Below, one piece after another: positions 52,886-64,000 of a DNA stretch of 64,000 bases (its first letter is position 1; every line of letters starts with the position of its first letter). The notes beneath the pieces were generated by a model. It ran no database searches, had not been told where the DNA came from, and saw nothing but the letters and a program-made list of their open reading frames with translations. A program made the translations under genes and the position numbers. The DNA lies in assembly GCA_951406725.2 (NCBI GenBank), contig OX597821.1, positions 62,372,001 to 62,436,000 on the forward strand. The letters are read 5' to 3'. The DNA is from Octopus vulgaris. Taxonomy: Eukaryota.

Positions 52886-53410
52886 AGTGTACATTTAAAC
52901 ACATAAGAGATGACCATAATAGGACATCTGACTCACTAGAAAGAGCAGCTAAAACTCCAAGACACTAATGATTGCAATTCTTAAAGGGAATTAAAAATAA
53001 GAACATTTACCCTATAATTCCTGGACTATGCATAGTTCCGGCAATCTTATGTAAATAAAATAAAATAATTTTAATTTACAACAGGCGGAGGATTTTGATA
53101 AATTATAACATATAACATACAACGCGGAGGATTTTTAAAAATTATAATATATAAACACGAGACATCTTCTTTATCGCCTCGTGTCTATGTGTGAGTCTTG
53201 GCCTTCTGCTGACGAGGCAACGCCAGCTGTAAATTAAAATTAGTTTATTTACATAAGATTGCCAAAACTATGCATACTCCAGGAAAGATAGGGTAAATGT
53301 TTTTTATTTTTCATTCCCTTTCAGAATTCCAACCATTAGTTTTAACTGCTCCTTCTAGTGAGTCAGATGTCCTATTATGGTAATCTCTGATGTGTTTAAA
53401 TGTACACTGT
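52886..53410 (+). mobile_element. HHR-bearing terminus with upstream inverted partial copy
   Basis: Inverted arms 52886-53088 / 53221-53410; long-stem-II HHR at 53204-53285; ends in (TA)n. Confidence 0.7.
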
Positions 53411-53415
53411 ATATA

Positions 53416-53466
<51 letters not shown>

Positions 53467-53469
<3 letters not shown>

Positions 53470-54382
53470 GAAATGAAGAAAATGCTGACAAATAATTGAA
53501 GTAATTTAAGTAATTTAATTAGGTGAAAGTTCTTTTTACCGGTTGCGCATTTGTTATGCTTATCAAAATATAAAAGAGAGATTAGAGTCTGTCTCTTATA
53601 TGTGAAAAAAAGAGGCTCCAGAGTTGTTTTGGATTTGCTTGGTTTCGCGCCTAAAATTTTGATTGGTCATTATGAAGGGGCCACGTGATTGTTTGAATGG
53701 AAGTTGGTGTTGGGGTAAGAAAAAAGGCTCCAGAGAAGTTAAAATTTGGCTAGTGTCCCGCCTAAAATTTCTTTTTGGCCATAATAAAGAGGTCACGTGA
53801 ATGTTTAGAATTTTCGAAAATAGCGTTGTTGAAAATTCTTATTGTTCAGGCTGGTCAGTAGACGTCATGTGGATATTTTAAATAGCTTTTTAGCGCGTAG
53901 TTAGGGAGTGTATTTTCCGCTTGACTGGATAAGTAAGTTCGTTTAGAACAGGGAGAGCTGTATGTATGTATGTGTGTGCGCGCGCGCGCGTGTGTGTGTT
54001 TATATGTATGTTGGGGCGCGCGCGCGTGTATATATGTGTATGTGTGTGGGTACAATTTTCAATATTTATAGTTCTGCTGGCCTTGTGCCTGTATCGGGAA
54101 GCAACGTATTTGTGTGAAGTCAATATTTACAGCCATTTCCAAAAAATAGTGTTGGATGTTTTGCACCCGTATTCAATTATGTGTATGTGTGGAACCATAT
54201 ATTTGTGTGTGTCATGGTGTTAATATCTGGGTAAAGGTGTGTGTAGGGTGTGTGCAGGTGTAAGTGTGTTTGTTGTGGGTTCGTGTTAGGGGCATGTGTT
54301 TAGAAGTGGTCTGTATTTATTAATAAGGTGGGATTCCATGGTTATTCGCTGGGTATGAGTGGCATTGTCTTTAAATTTGTAG

Positions 54383-54383
<1 letters not shown>
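53467..54383 (-). mobile_element. 5'-truncated PLE (GIY-YIG end + 3' region with decayed HHR) between (TA)n tracts
   Basis: YKFKDNATHTQRITMESHLINKYRPLLNTCP* at 54381-54286; HHR-like UUGAUAA-GCAU aacaa AUGC-GCAA-CCGG-UA at ~53531-53570. Confidence 0.75.
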
Positions 54384-54414
<31 letters not shown>

Positions 54415-54479
54415 TTAGATTTAATTGGATTTAATCCTAAATCTGATTTTTTCCCTGTAAATTTGGATTTATTCCCTAA

Positions 54480-54574
<95 letters not shown>

Positions 54575-55243
54575 TTCCCAAATTTACAGGTGATGTATAA
54601 ATGGCAGTATTGGAAAGAATTATTATTATTATTGAGTGTGGGAGCATCGCATGCCATCAAAGTGGCACTGGAGTAAAATATACAAAAACCAATCTACCCA
54701 TCATGACTACCTGTCTCAAAAGATTAGACCAGATGCACGTATTACAAGCATGTTTGCGCGACATGGTGATCACATATGAAGATTAAGAGGGCATGACCTT
54801 GCAGGTGTGGCCTGTTAGAATTTTATTCAGGTCATGTAGACGATCATGCTCCAAATGTCTCTGAATAAGGCTTGTTTAAGGATGGCAAGTTAAACACCCA
54901 CGTTTCCAGATCTGATTTATTCAAATCCCAAAGAATGCCTCTCAACACTTGGCTAAGATGCCCCCCACCCACAACTACTTTTGCTCATCATCATAGATGC
55001 ATATATTGTCAGCCACCAAGGGACATGCTTAACTGGTTAAGGTTAAACAATTGACAAGCATATCTGTGGTATTGAACAGAATATTTGATATAGACCATCT
55101 TATATTCCAAAACAAAACATGTACATGATAACACCTCCAATCAGTTAAGATCTGAAGCCCATAAGAGCTAACGCCTAGTACTGAATCAGGGCATTATTAT
55201 TGACTGCTAAGTGGTTTTCTTTTCAAACTGTAACAAGGAAGGG

Positions 55244-56002
55244 CAGCATACGAAGTGTCAGCATACGAAGTGTCAGCATACGAAGTGTCAGCATACGAAG
55301 GCGATGTCAGCGTTATTGTGTCGGACGCCTCTGAAGTAAAGATGGTCAGCACCACCCTAAATGAATATCCTAAATGAATACGTGGTGACGGTCTGCACTA
55401 TCCTAAAGGAATATGGTCGGCACCATCTTAGGGAGGCTAAAATCAACGCCGACAAATCGGTGGGTTTGCAGTTGGGCAACTGGAGAAGCAGGACAATGTC
55501 ATTGGCTGACGTCGCCGATCCCTGGACCAACTGACCAGTTAAAGCGCTCGGGGTCTGGTTTGATCCCGACCTGCAGGTTGATAAAAACTGGGACGAGGTG
55601 TTCCAGTCTTACCCAGGAATGGGCTGAAAGAAAGCTGACCCTGGATGGTCGGGCCGAGATGGAAAATGCTTACATAGCCTCCGTTATTTTTTTATCGCCT
55701 GAACATCGTGCCTTGTACAGGTTACTGCTTGAAGCGTCTCCTATTTAAATTCTTGTGGAAAGGTCGTGTTCCAATGGTAAGGAAGTCAGTATGTTGCCAG
55801 CATCCTCTTAGTGTCGGATTACGTATGCCATGTCTTCTAATACGCAGGTTACGCCACCTGCAACGATTTCTGGATGGTGAACGTGTGTGAGTCTCGTATT
55901 TCCGCAACTCGTCGCCTTAACGGAGCTACAGTCCTGAGTGTTGAAAGATCGAGACAGCGTTCCTGCCACCTAGAATGTCGTCAGGTGCTCACAGCCCTCT
56001 AC
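55244..56002 (+). pseudogene. Tx1/L1-type LINE RT fragment
   Basis: SAYEGDVSVIV (YADD-like), KSVGLQLGNW, QEWAERKLTLDGRAEM, LFKFLWKGRVPMVRKSVCCQHPL. Confidence 0.8.
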
Positions 56003-56473
56003 AGGTCGGGCAGAATCGTTAGCACGCCGGGCGAAATGTTTAGCAGTATCTCGTCTGTCACTACGTTCTGAGTTAAAATTCCGCCGATGTCGACTTTGCC
56101 TTTCATCCTTTCGGGGTCGATTAAATAAGTACCAGTTACGCACTGGGGTCGATATAATCGACTTAATCCGTTTGTCTGTCCCCTCTGTGTTTAGCCCCTT
56201 GTGGGTAGTAAAGAAATAGGTATTTCTTCTGTCGCTACGTTGAGTTCAAATTCCGCGGAGGTCGACTTTGCCATTCATCCTTTCGGGGTCGATAAATTAA
56301 GTACCAGTCACGCACTGGGGTCGATGTAATCGACGTAATCCGTTTGTCTGTCTCTTCTGTGGGTAGTAATGAAATAGGTATTTTTTCTGCTGTCACGTTC
56401 TGCGTTCATATTCCGCCGAGGTCGACTTTGTCGTTCATCCATTAGGGGTCGATAAATTAACTACCAGTTAAGT
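56003..56473 (+). mobile_element. SINE family B with three tandem body units; tail displaced to 57724-57790
   Basis: Three GTCGACTTTG..CATCC..GGGGTCGAT units after one head. Confidence 0.8.
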
Positions 56474-56484
56474 TCGCTAAGTAG

Positions 56485-56826
56485 GCTAATGCAGTTTCGC
56501 ACCTCTTCTTGAGAAATGCATTTTTTTGAAAAGTGATTTTCGGATTCCCACGTTTTAGATGTCCGAGATTACGAATATGCAAAAAAACATTTTTTAATAA
56601 ATTCACCCCTCCCCTCCTTACTCTTTTACTTGTTTCAGTCATTTGACTGTTACCAAGCTGGAACACCATCTTTAGTCGAGAAAATCGACCCCATGACTTA
56701 TTCTTTGTAAGCCCAGTACTTGTTCTATTGGTTTCTTTTGCCGAACCGCAAAGTTACGGGGACGTAAACACACCAGCATCGGTTGTCAAGCGATGTTAGA
56801 GGGAGAACGCAGACACACAAAGATAT

Positions 56827-56911
<85 letters not shown>

Positions 56912-57723
56912 AATATATACGACGGGCTTCTTTCAGTTTCCGTCTACCGAATCCACTCACAAGGCTTTGGTCAGTCCGAGTTTATAGTAGAAGACACTTT
57001 CCCAAGGTGTCACGCAGTGGGACTGAACCCGGAACCATGTGGTTGGTAAGCAAGCAACTCCTACGCCTATTTAAATTATTGATTTTGTTTACTTTAAAGA
57101 GGTCGTAGCGAATTGATGAACATATGCAAATGGAAATTAAATACAGACAAAAACGTTAACGTGATAAAATTTGCGTATTACTTGTGTTTTTCTTAAATAA
57201 TCGTAGATAATATGAATGATCGTAAATTAAATACACACAATTTTATGAGAAACAAACACTAATGGTTAATAATTAATGTTATAAAGTTTAATTAGGGACT
57301 CAAATTTCACCCCACCCCCAATTTTTAATTTTGAACATTTTCATCCATTTTTCATCTGACTATCAATTTATCCCTATCCTTTTATTCATAAAATATATTT
57401 GTCAACTAAATGTGGCGATCCTATAGAAGACGGAGTTACTGTTGGTTTTTAGCCCCAGAAGATATTCATATCTATCTCTTTATACACATATATATATGCT
57501 TATTGAATTTAGAAGTTTGAAAACGTGCTTTCTTGCATATTTCGGAATCTGTCATCTAAAACATGCGAAAAAAAATTCGAAAATGTTTAAAATTTTAAAA
57601 GTGGGGACGGGTAATTTTTTTTTTGCATATTCGTAGTCTCCGACATCTAAAACGTAAGAAACCGAAAAGCTTCTTTTTTAAAAAATGCATTTTTCAAGGA
57701 GAGGTGCGGAATTGCATTAGCCC
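56485..57723. mobile_element. Non-autonomous TIR DNA element containing a nested SINE A (56620-57068, minus)
   Basis: ~130-bp diverged inverted termini GGCTAATGCA..TTTTAGATGTC..ACGAATATGC / GCATATTCGT..GACATCTAAAA..TGCATTAGCCC. Confidence 0.75.
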
Positions 57724-57790
57724 CTCTGGAGTCGATGTAATCGACTTCATCCCTTTCCCCAAATGTGAGACCTTGTGCTTCCAGTTGAAC

Positions 57791-57865
<75 letters not shown>

Positions 57866-57866
<1 letters not shown>

Positions 57867-58690
57867 CTCTCTCTATATAAAACTGAGAATGTGTGTGTGT
57901 GTGTCTGTCTGTCTGTCTGTGTTTCCCTAAAACCTGAGAACTACACAACCAATTTCATTCAAATTTTACACATGCCTTACTTAAGCTCCGCGGAGTGTCA
58001 TCAGCAAATCTTAACTTTCTCCCTAGGGCGACCCCACAGCAATATCATATCTTCTCCACTATTTCAGTATTACGTGTTAAAAGTGAAACAATAACATCTC
58101 TCTTTTGTAATGCAGACACTTTCACTATAAAAGTGAAAGTATTATATAACAGGGATGAACGATTAACAATGGTCATCCATTTTGCTTGAAGAAGATCCGC
58201 TATGGTCTTATATGCTACACCACTGCTTTTCAATTCATATTAATCAAATTAATATTCAATTTTTCACCCTTATTATGTGTGTGTGTGTATTAGCAATTCG
58301 TATAAAATTGCATCAATAACTTGAACTTGAATAAGTGGTTTCACATAAATGGGGATAAATTAAAAAGTTTTGTTGTTATTATTATTACTGTTTGACTATT
58401 GTAATCACGTTTGTTGGTTCCTCATCAGGGAAACGTTGTTGTGTTGCATTTGTTAAATAATTGTAGACCGTCACCCTCCCCTTTCGGAGAAGCAGCTTTG
58501 GTTATTGTGTCCATGTTTGGGGAAATTGACAATATTTTCACCGTCTTTACGGAAGCATTTTTGTTAAAATGCATTCAATAGAAGAAAGTCCACAAATGAA
58601 TTTCGCTGCAGCCGTACACTTCTATACAAGAGGGAGGACAAGATCCAATTGATCGAAATTGCAAGAAACGGGCCTACAATTCCAGTCTGT
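57866..58690 (+). mobile_element. Possible non-autonomous Helitron-like element
   Basis: TCTCTCTATATAAAA followed by (GT)n(GTCT)n; degenerate 3' end. Confidence 0.45.
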
Positions 58691-59882
58691 TATATATTTT
58701 GAGTATTGTTATCACTAGCGATATCAAGATATAACTTTGTATTTTGTATTTTATGTGTAGATGTATATATATAGATGTGCATGTAATATGTACACATATA
58801 TATACACATATATACATGCATAATATATCTACCCATACACACGTACATAGGGGCAGGTGTGGCTGTGTGGTAACAAACTACGTTCCACACTCATAGTCCT
58901 GGGTTCAGTCCCACGGTGTGGTGACTTGGCATGTGTCTTCTGCTGTAGCCTGAGACCAACAAAAGCCTTCTCAGTGGAATTTGTACATATATACAGGCAT
59001 ACATACATATACATGCATACGTACATATTCGGCATAAACACTCTACCACTATGACTAATAACTGTTGGGAAAACTTTCAAACCTGCCATACATTCGAACC
59101 GGAATCTCTACGCCCGAGTTTTCCCTCTGAAGTTAATCTCTCTCATGGAGCTCAAAGAAAAAGGACAAGTTTTTGGGCCCATACAATGTGACATGTACAC
59201 AATTTTTGGCTTTGTGTTATTTTAACAAAAAGTGTGCTAGTCAGTACTATCTGTCACTTTTTTGACCTCTATAAAATCGCCTTCATTTAATTGCTAATAA
59301 GCTACCTTTTTTTTTAATTTCTGAGTGAATATATTTATTTATATGTATGGTGTGAGTGGGTGTGCGTGTGTGTCTGTAAGTAGATATGTATACATGTGTG
59401 TAAGTGTGTGTATGCAAACGCGAGCATCTGTGTATGTATATGCAAGTGAGTGTAGGTGTGCTTATATATATGTACGTGAGTGTGCGTACATGTCCGTATA
59501 TGTGAGCGTGTGTATATATCCGTATGTATATGTGTGTGTAGATTTTATAAATGTGTATGTATGTGAATGTATATATATTTGTGTGTGTACGTGCGCGCGC
59601 ATATATGCATGTATGTGTCCGAGTGTTGAATCTTAAAGGCCAGCTGAAGAGAATCATGTGTAACCAACCATGAAGAACAAATCAACAATACAAAGAAATA
59701 AAATACCAATCCCTTTAAAATGGCAACCACTTTAAGAATACGAGAATCACCATCCCACTACATTTACGCATTCAAAGCAGTTTGCCAACGACCCTTCACA
59801 AACAACATACGCTGATAGGCTTTGTGACTACTACTAAATTAAGGCCACGAGTATTTTAAATTTACAGAGACAATATTTACAT

Positions 59883-59988
59883 ATCACCTGAGGAAACACA
59901 ACTAGATCTCATAATGCAGGGAAATAGTTTCTTAATCAAGTACCTGCACATCTAGAGAACTACGTTGCGTGACAACAATTGTAGTGAT
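59883..59988 (+). ncRNA. Decayed hammerhead ribozyme with 75-nt stem II
   Basis: AUCAC-CUGAGGA-A-[ACACAAC-UAGAUCUC...GAGAACUACGUUGCGU]-GACAA-CAAUUG-UA-GUGAU. Confidence 0.65.
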
Positions 59989-60331
59989 TAAAAAATAAAT
60001 GTCCAACCGTACCCTTCTTGTTGACTCCAATTTTTTCAATTATCTATTCACACACGACATATGCCCAAACGCAATCCTGGAAATACATATAATACTACTT
60101 CTGGAAAGCACAGTTTAAATGTGAAAGTGGACGAGCGAGCTTTATACTGTATTCTACTATGTTCTTCACAGAATATACTATAATTATATATATACATATA
60201 TAAGACGGGCTTCTTACGGTTTGCGTCAACCAGATATACTCACAAGTCTTTGGTCGGCCCGTGTCTCTAGCAGAAGACACTTGCCCAAGGTGTCACGCAA
60301 TAGTACTGAACCCAGAACCATGTGGTTGGGA

Positions 60332-60334
<3 letters not shown>

Positions 60335-60367
<33 letters not shown>

Positions 60368-61580
60368 GGCAAGATGTGTGTGTGTGTGTGTGTGTACGTG
60401 ATTGTAGTTTATGCACATCCACAAATTAGCACGCATGTCGCTCAAATTTTAGGAGGACATTCTTCAACATCCTATCCAGGTGTTGTCAACATATTTTTTC
60501 CCGAGGCACCCGCGGATAGCGGTAAAAATCTATTTTCAGCCATAGCCTTTTGACGGCGTCTAACAAAAAAAAACAAGGTAAAGAAAAGTTGAAGAAGAGA
60601 GGCAGAGAGTTTCACGGGAAAGACAAAGTGAGAGAGGGAGAGAGAGAGAGTAAGTGACGATGTTAATAAAAATCTATTTTCAGCCATAGCTTTCTGACGG
60701 CGTCTAACAAAATAAAAAAAGATAAAGAAAAGTGGAAGAGAAGCAGAGAGTTTCACGGGAAAGACAAAGTGAGAGAGGGAGAGAGAGAGTAAGTGACGAC
60801 GTTTATAAAATATAAAATGTAAAGTGTTTTGTCTTTTCTTAAACACGAGATATAGTGTTCAAATTCAGGATGTTTTTGAAAGACACTATATTTTATAATC
60901 ATAGTATATATACTTTCTCACACAACAATTGCAATATATTTATTTTAAATCATTTAGTTATTTTAAATCGTTCATCTCTCTCTCACACACATTAATTTGG
61001 GTGCGAAAGAGTTTTGTTTTTATTTTACACCGAGTAAAAAAGTGTTTTGTTGACAATCCATTTATTTAACAACAAAGAAACAAAGAGGTGAGTAGCAAAT
61101 TTTCAGTGAATTGCACAATATAAATGGGTACAATTTCCGAGTCTTCTACCACACCCACTCCGTTTCACGGACTACAAAAAGGGTTTTGTAGCATATTAGG
61201 AGGCCAGAGTAGTTGATTCCACGCAAAAAAAAACGATTATTTTTCTTAGTGAAAATCGTGCGAGTGTTAATCTAAAAATTTAACAACATTTTTCCATTCA
61301 TTTCTGTTTATGAACACGTATGCATGCACAAAACTTGCAATAGGTGTACGTACGTACATGTGTGTTCGTGTCTGTTGCCCATATATATTTATATTATATT
61401 ATATTATATTATATTATATTATATTATATTATATTATATTTATATATATATAATATAACCAATTTCAACGGGTTTTGCCCAAATTTGACGTCGATATTAC
61501 TTAGTTTGGTTTGAAATAAAGAACTTGATCAGCTTAATAATCGTAACTTAATCCCGGACAAGGCCGGGTTATACTGCTAG
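60335..61580 (+). mobile_element. Non-autonomous Helitron
   Basis: 3' hairpin CCCGG-ACAAGG-CCGGG (61553-61568), then CTAG (61577-61580) followed by T; internal ~140-bp tandem duplication and (ATATT)n; 5' end approximate. Confidence 0.8.
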
Positions 61581-61789
61581 TTATTATTAAAAGAAGAGTG
61601 TCATTTTCATCAAGTGAACGAAATGTCCACATCTTGTGTGTCTTCAATTGGTTCAAAAAATAAATTTGTCAGTCTACTTCATTTTGGTTAATATATAAAG
61701 GATTGAGGTAACTCCTCCAGAAGATATATAGTCAAAATTAAGAAGAGTGCCATTGTCATCTAGTGAACGATATTTTGAGGTCAAGTGTG

Positions 61790-61852
<63 letters not shown>

Positions 61853-61853
61853 G

Positions 61854-61963
<110 letters not shown>

Positions 61964-63004
61964 TCTTTGCTTGCACCATACTTCCCCCTATCTCACATTA
62001 ACTCTTCCTATAGTCAGCAGCTGAAAGTACTATTCTTTTTTTATTTCTACAATGCCATGAAGAAAACAATGCAACAGAGAGACACCAAACAAGTCATTCG
62101 CTTAATTCAATCTATGTGCAAAAATCTCTATGCAATTGCCTTTTTTTTGCAATTTCAGCAGTTTTCTTTTTTTTTAATGCAAACTGGATGAGTCGTATTC
62201 CGAAAACACTGTCTCTTACCTTACTCTTTCTTTCCGTCTCTGCTGTTTTCTCAATTTTCTTTGTCGGTTCCTCTTCGTTCTTTCGTCTTCAGTTGGCTGC
62301 TGAAACATCAGCTACTTCATGTAAAATTTTCGAGAATTTGTCATACCTGTTTTGCTTCGCTTCGTCTTGTTTTCTTTATTGCTTTTATTTGCTTTCTACA
62401 TTTAAATGAACATGACAAATCCTCTCTACTTCTGTAAGAATTTCTGATCTATGCTTTTTATTCGTTAAATTCCAAGTTCTACTAATTCAACAACGTTTGT
62501 AGCATCCTGCTACGTCATTTAGCTTCAGCTTTGTAGCTGATCATTAAATATCGTAATAATGTTGTTTGGTTTATGACCCTTTAAATTTTATTTGAAACTC
62601 TTAAAGTATATTGATTTTTGACTTCCAGGCATCAAACCAAAGTGTCGCTGAAAGAACCAATGCTAACTAAATTAAATATAGTACTAGTATATAAGAAGTA
62701 CTATATCCATTCCAATCGAAAGTTATTGGAAGCTGAAATCTTTTCCATGTTTCAGCCATTGGACTGCGGTCACACTGGTGCACCAAATTCAAGGTTTTGA
62801 ATAGTACAAACTGACCATAGGACTTAATTTTTAAAGCCTAGTACTTATCATATCATTCCCTTTTCCCGAACCGCTACGTTATGGAAACGTAAACACACCA
62901 ACACCGGTTGACAAGCGGTCATGCATGTCAAACAGACATAAAGACATACACACATTGATATATTCATATATATAATACATGTATGAATATATATAGTATA
63001 TATG

Positions 63005-63210
63005 TATGTGACCTCGTGTGTACCGTTGGCGATTTTTTTCCTCTGTCTTCCCTTCTTTGGATCTTTCCTTTTCCTATGTTTCTGACGAAGAGCTCCGCTC
63101 GAAACGTTAAACCCTCCTTCTTTTCTTCTTTCCTGAGCTTCCAATAATACTATACTTGTTCCACGTCCTCGTGTTGTGTTTTCTCTTTGTGTTTTCATGT
63201 TTGGATTAAC
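63005..63210 (+). mobile_element. ~210-bp HHR-bearing element
   Basis: Homologous to 52557-52775; ends TTAAC(TA)n. Confidence 0.8.
63078..63112 (+). ncRNA. Minimal type I hammerhead ribozyme, canonical core
   Basis: GUUU-CUGACGA-A-GAGC ucc GCUC-GAAACGUU-AAAC. Confidence 0.9.
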
Positions 63211-63739
63211 TATATATATATATACGACGGACTTATTTTAGTTTCCGTCTTCCAGATTCATTCACAAGTCTTTTGGCCTACCCGAGGGTAATTCACAAGG
63301 CTTTGGTCTACCAGAGGCTATAGTAGAAGACTCTTACTCAAAGTTCCACGTAGTGAGACTGAACCCGGAAAAAACGTGGTTGGAAAGCTAACTTGTTACC
63401 ACATAGCCACTCCTGCACCTATAAAATATAGACCAGATAAAGTAAATTATTTGATCTTTATATTTCGAAGCTCAACAATTATCACTCCTTTCGAAGTTTT
63501 AACTACTTCAAAAATATTGGTGGTTTATTGTTTATTCACTTATTTTTCACTACTAGTGTACTTTATTCTCTTCCAGAAATACATTAATTTACAATGAACA
63601 TCCTATTCTCCAGTGTTGTTATAAAGTGATTTTGAGCATGTTTATTTTCTTTACTTTACGAACATTAATTGTTTTTATTATTATTCTATTTTTATTATCA
63701 TTTATTATTCTCTTCAGTTATCTATGTCATGTCTCACCT

Positions 63740-63791
63740 ACATCCGTCCGTCCATCCATCTAAATGTCCATCCATCCATCCATCCATCCAT

Positions 63792-63831
<40 letters not shown>

Positions 63832-63906
63832 ACAGCCATCCGACCATCAGCCCTCATCGTCATTGTCGTCGTCCTCCTCCTCCTCCTCATCATCATCACC
63901 ATCACC

Positions 63907-63938
<32 letters not shown>

Positions 63939-63949
63939 CATCATCATCG

Positions 63950-63982
<33 letters not shown>

Positions 63983-64000
63983 CCATCATCACCATCATCA
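63740..64000. repeat. Compound (CCAT)n(CCAG)n(CAT)n repeat
   Basis: Direct reading. Confidence 0.95.

Larger units (their letters stand above)
62745..63420 (-). mobile_element. SINE family A interrupted at its internal microsatellite
   Basis: Head 63420-63225, tail ~62960-62745, HHR element in between. Confidence 0.8.

Noticed and set aside
52886-53410. Tc1-type MITE (end resembles TA-CAGTG)
   Set aside because: A complete HHR fold straddles the inner edge of one arm, which fits a PLE-type inversion better; not fully excluded
62210-62400. Exon-like K/E-rich segment on minus with AG/GT borders
   Set aside because: In-frame stops, implausibly short intron and no partner exons

Overview
AT-rich, microsatellite-dense animal DNA; the SINE families and repeat content suggest a cephalopod such as octopus (inference). 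I found no convincing host protein-coding exon; the window is mostly transposable-element debris. The centrepiece is a very young, essentially full-length Penelope-like retroelement (PLE, Neptune-type RT + C-terminal GIY-YIG, minus strand, 38173-43637). It has ~976-bp near-identical direct pseudo-LTRs, each carrying a minimal hammerhead ribozyme (HHR) motif, and is inserted in the internal (TA)n of a SINE. Its ORF is broken only by two 1-nt homopolymer contractions; restoring them gives a single 969-aa protein. Manual folding also reveals several other, mostly non-coding HHR-bearing elements from distinct families, nearly all next to (TA)n tracts: a 362-bp tandem unit with a U3-A8 compensatory core and a perfect 128-bp fold-back, a ~210-bp HHR element present twice, HHRs with 48-75-nt stem II, and a fold-back joined at HHR half-sites. 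A tRNA-headed element with a PLE-style inverted end (no HHR visible in this copy) is also present. Other content: Dong/R4, Tx1/L1 and CR1-like LINE fragments, decayed PLEs, Tc1/mariner elements, Helitron-like elements, three tRNA-SINE families and many simple repeats. All calls come from reading the sequence by eye; no searches were run.
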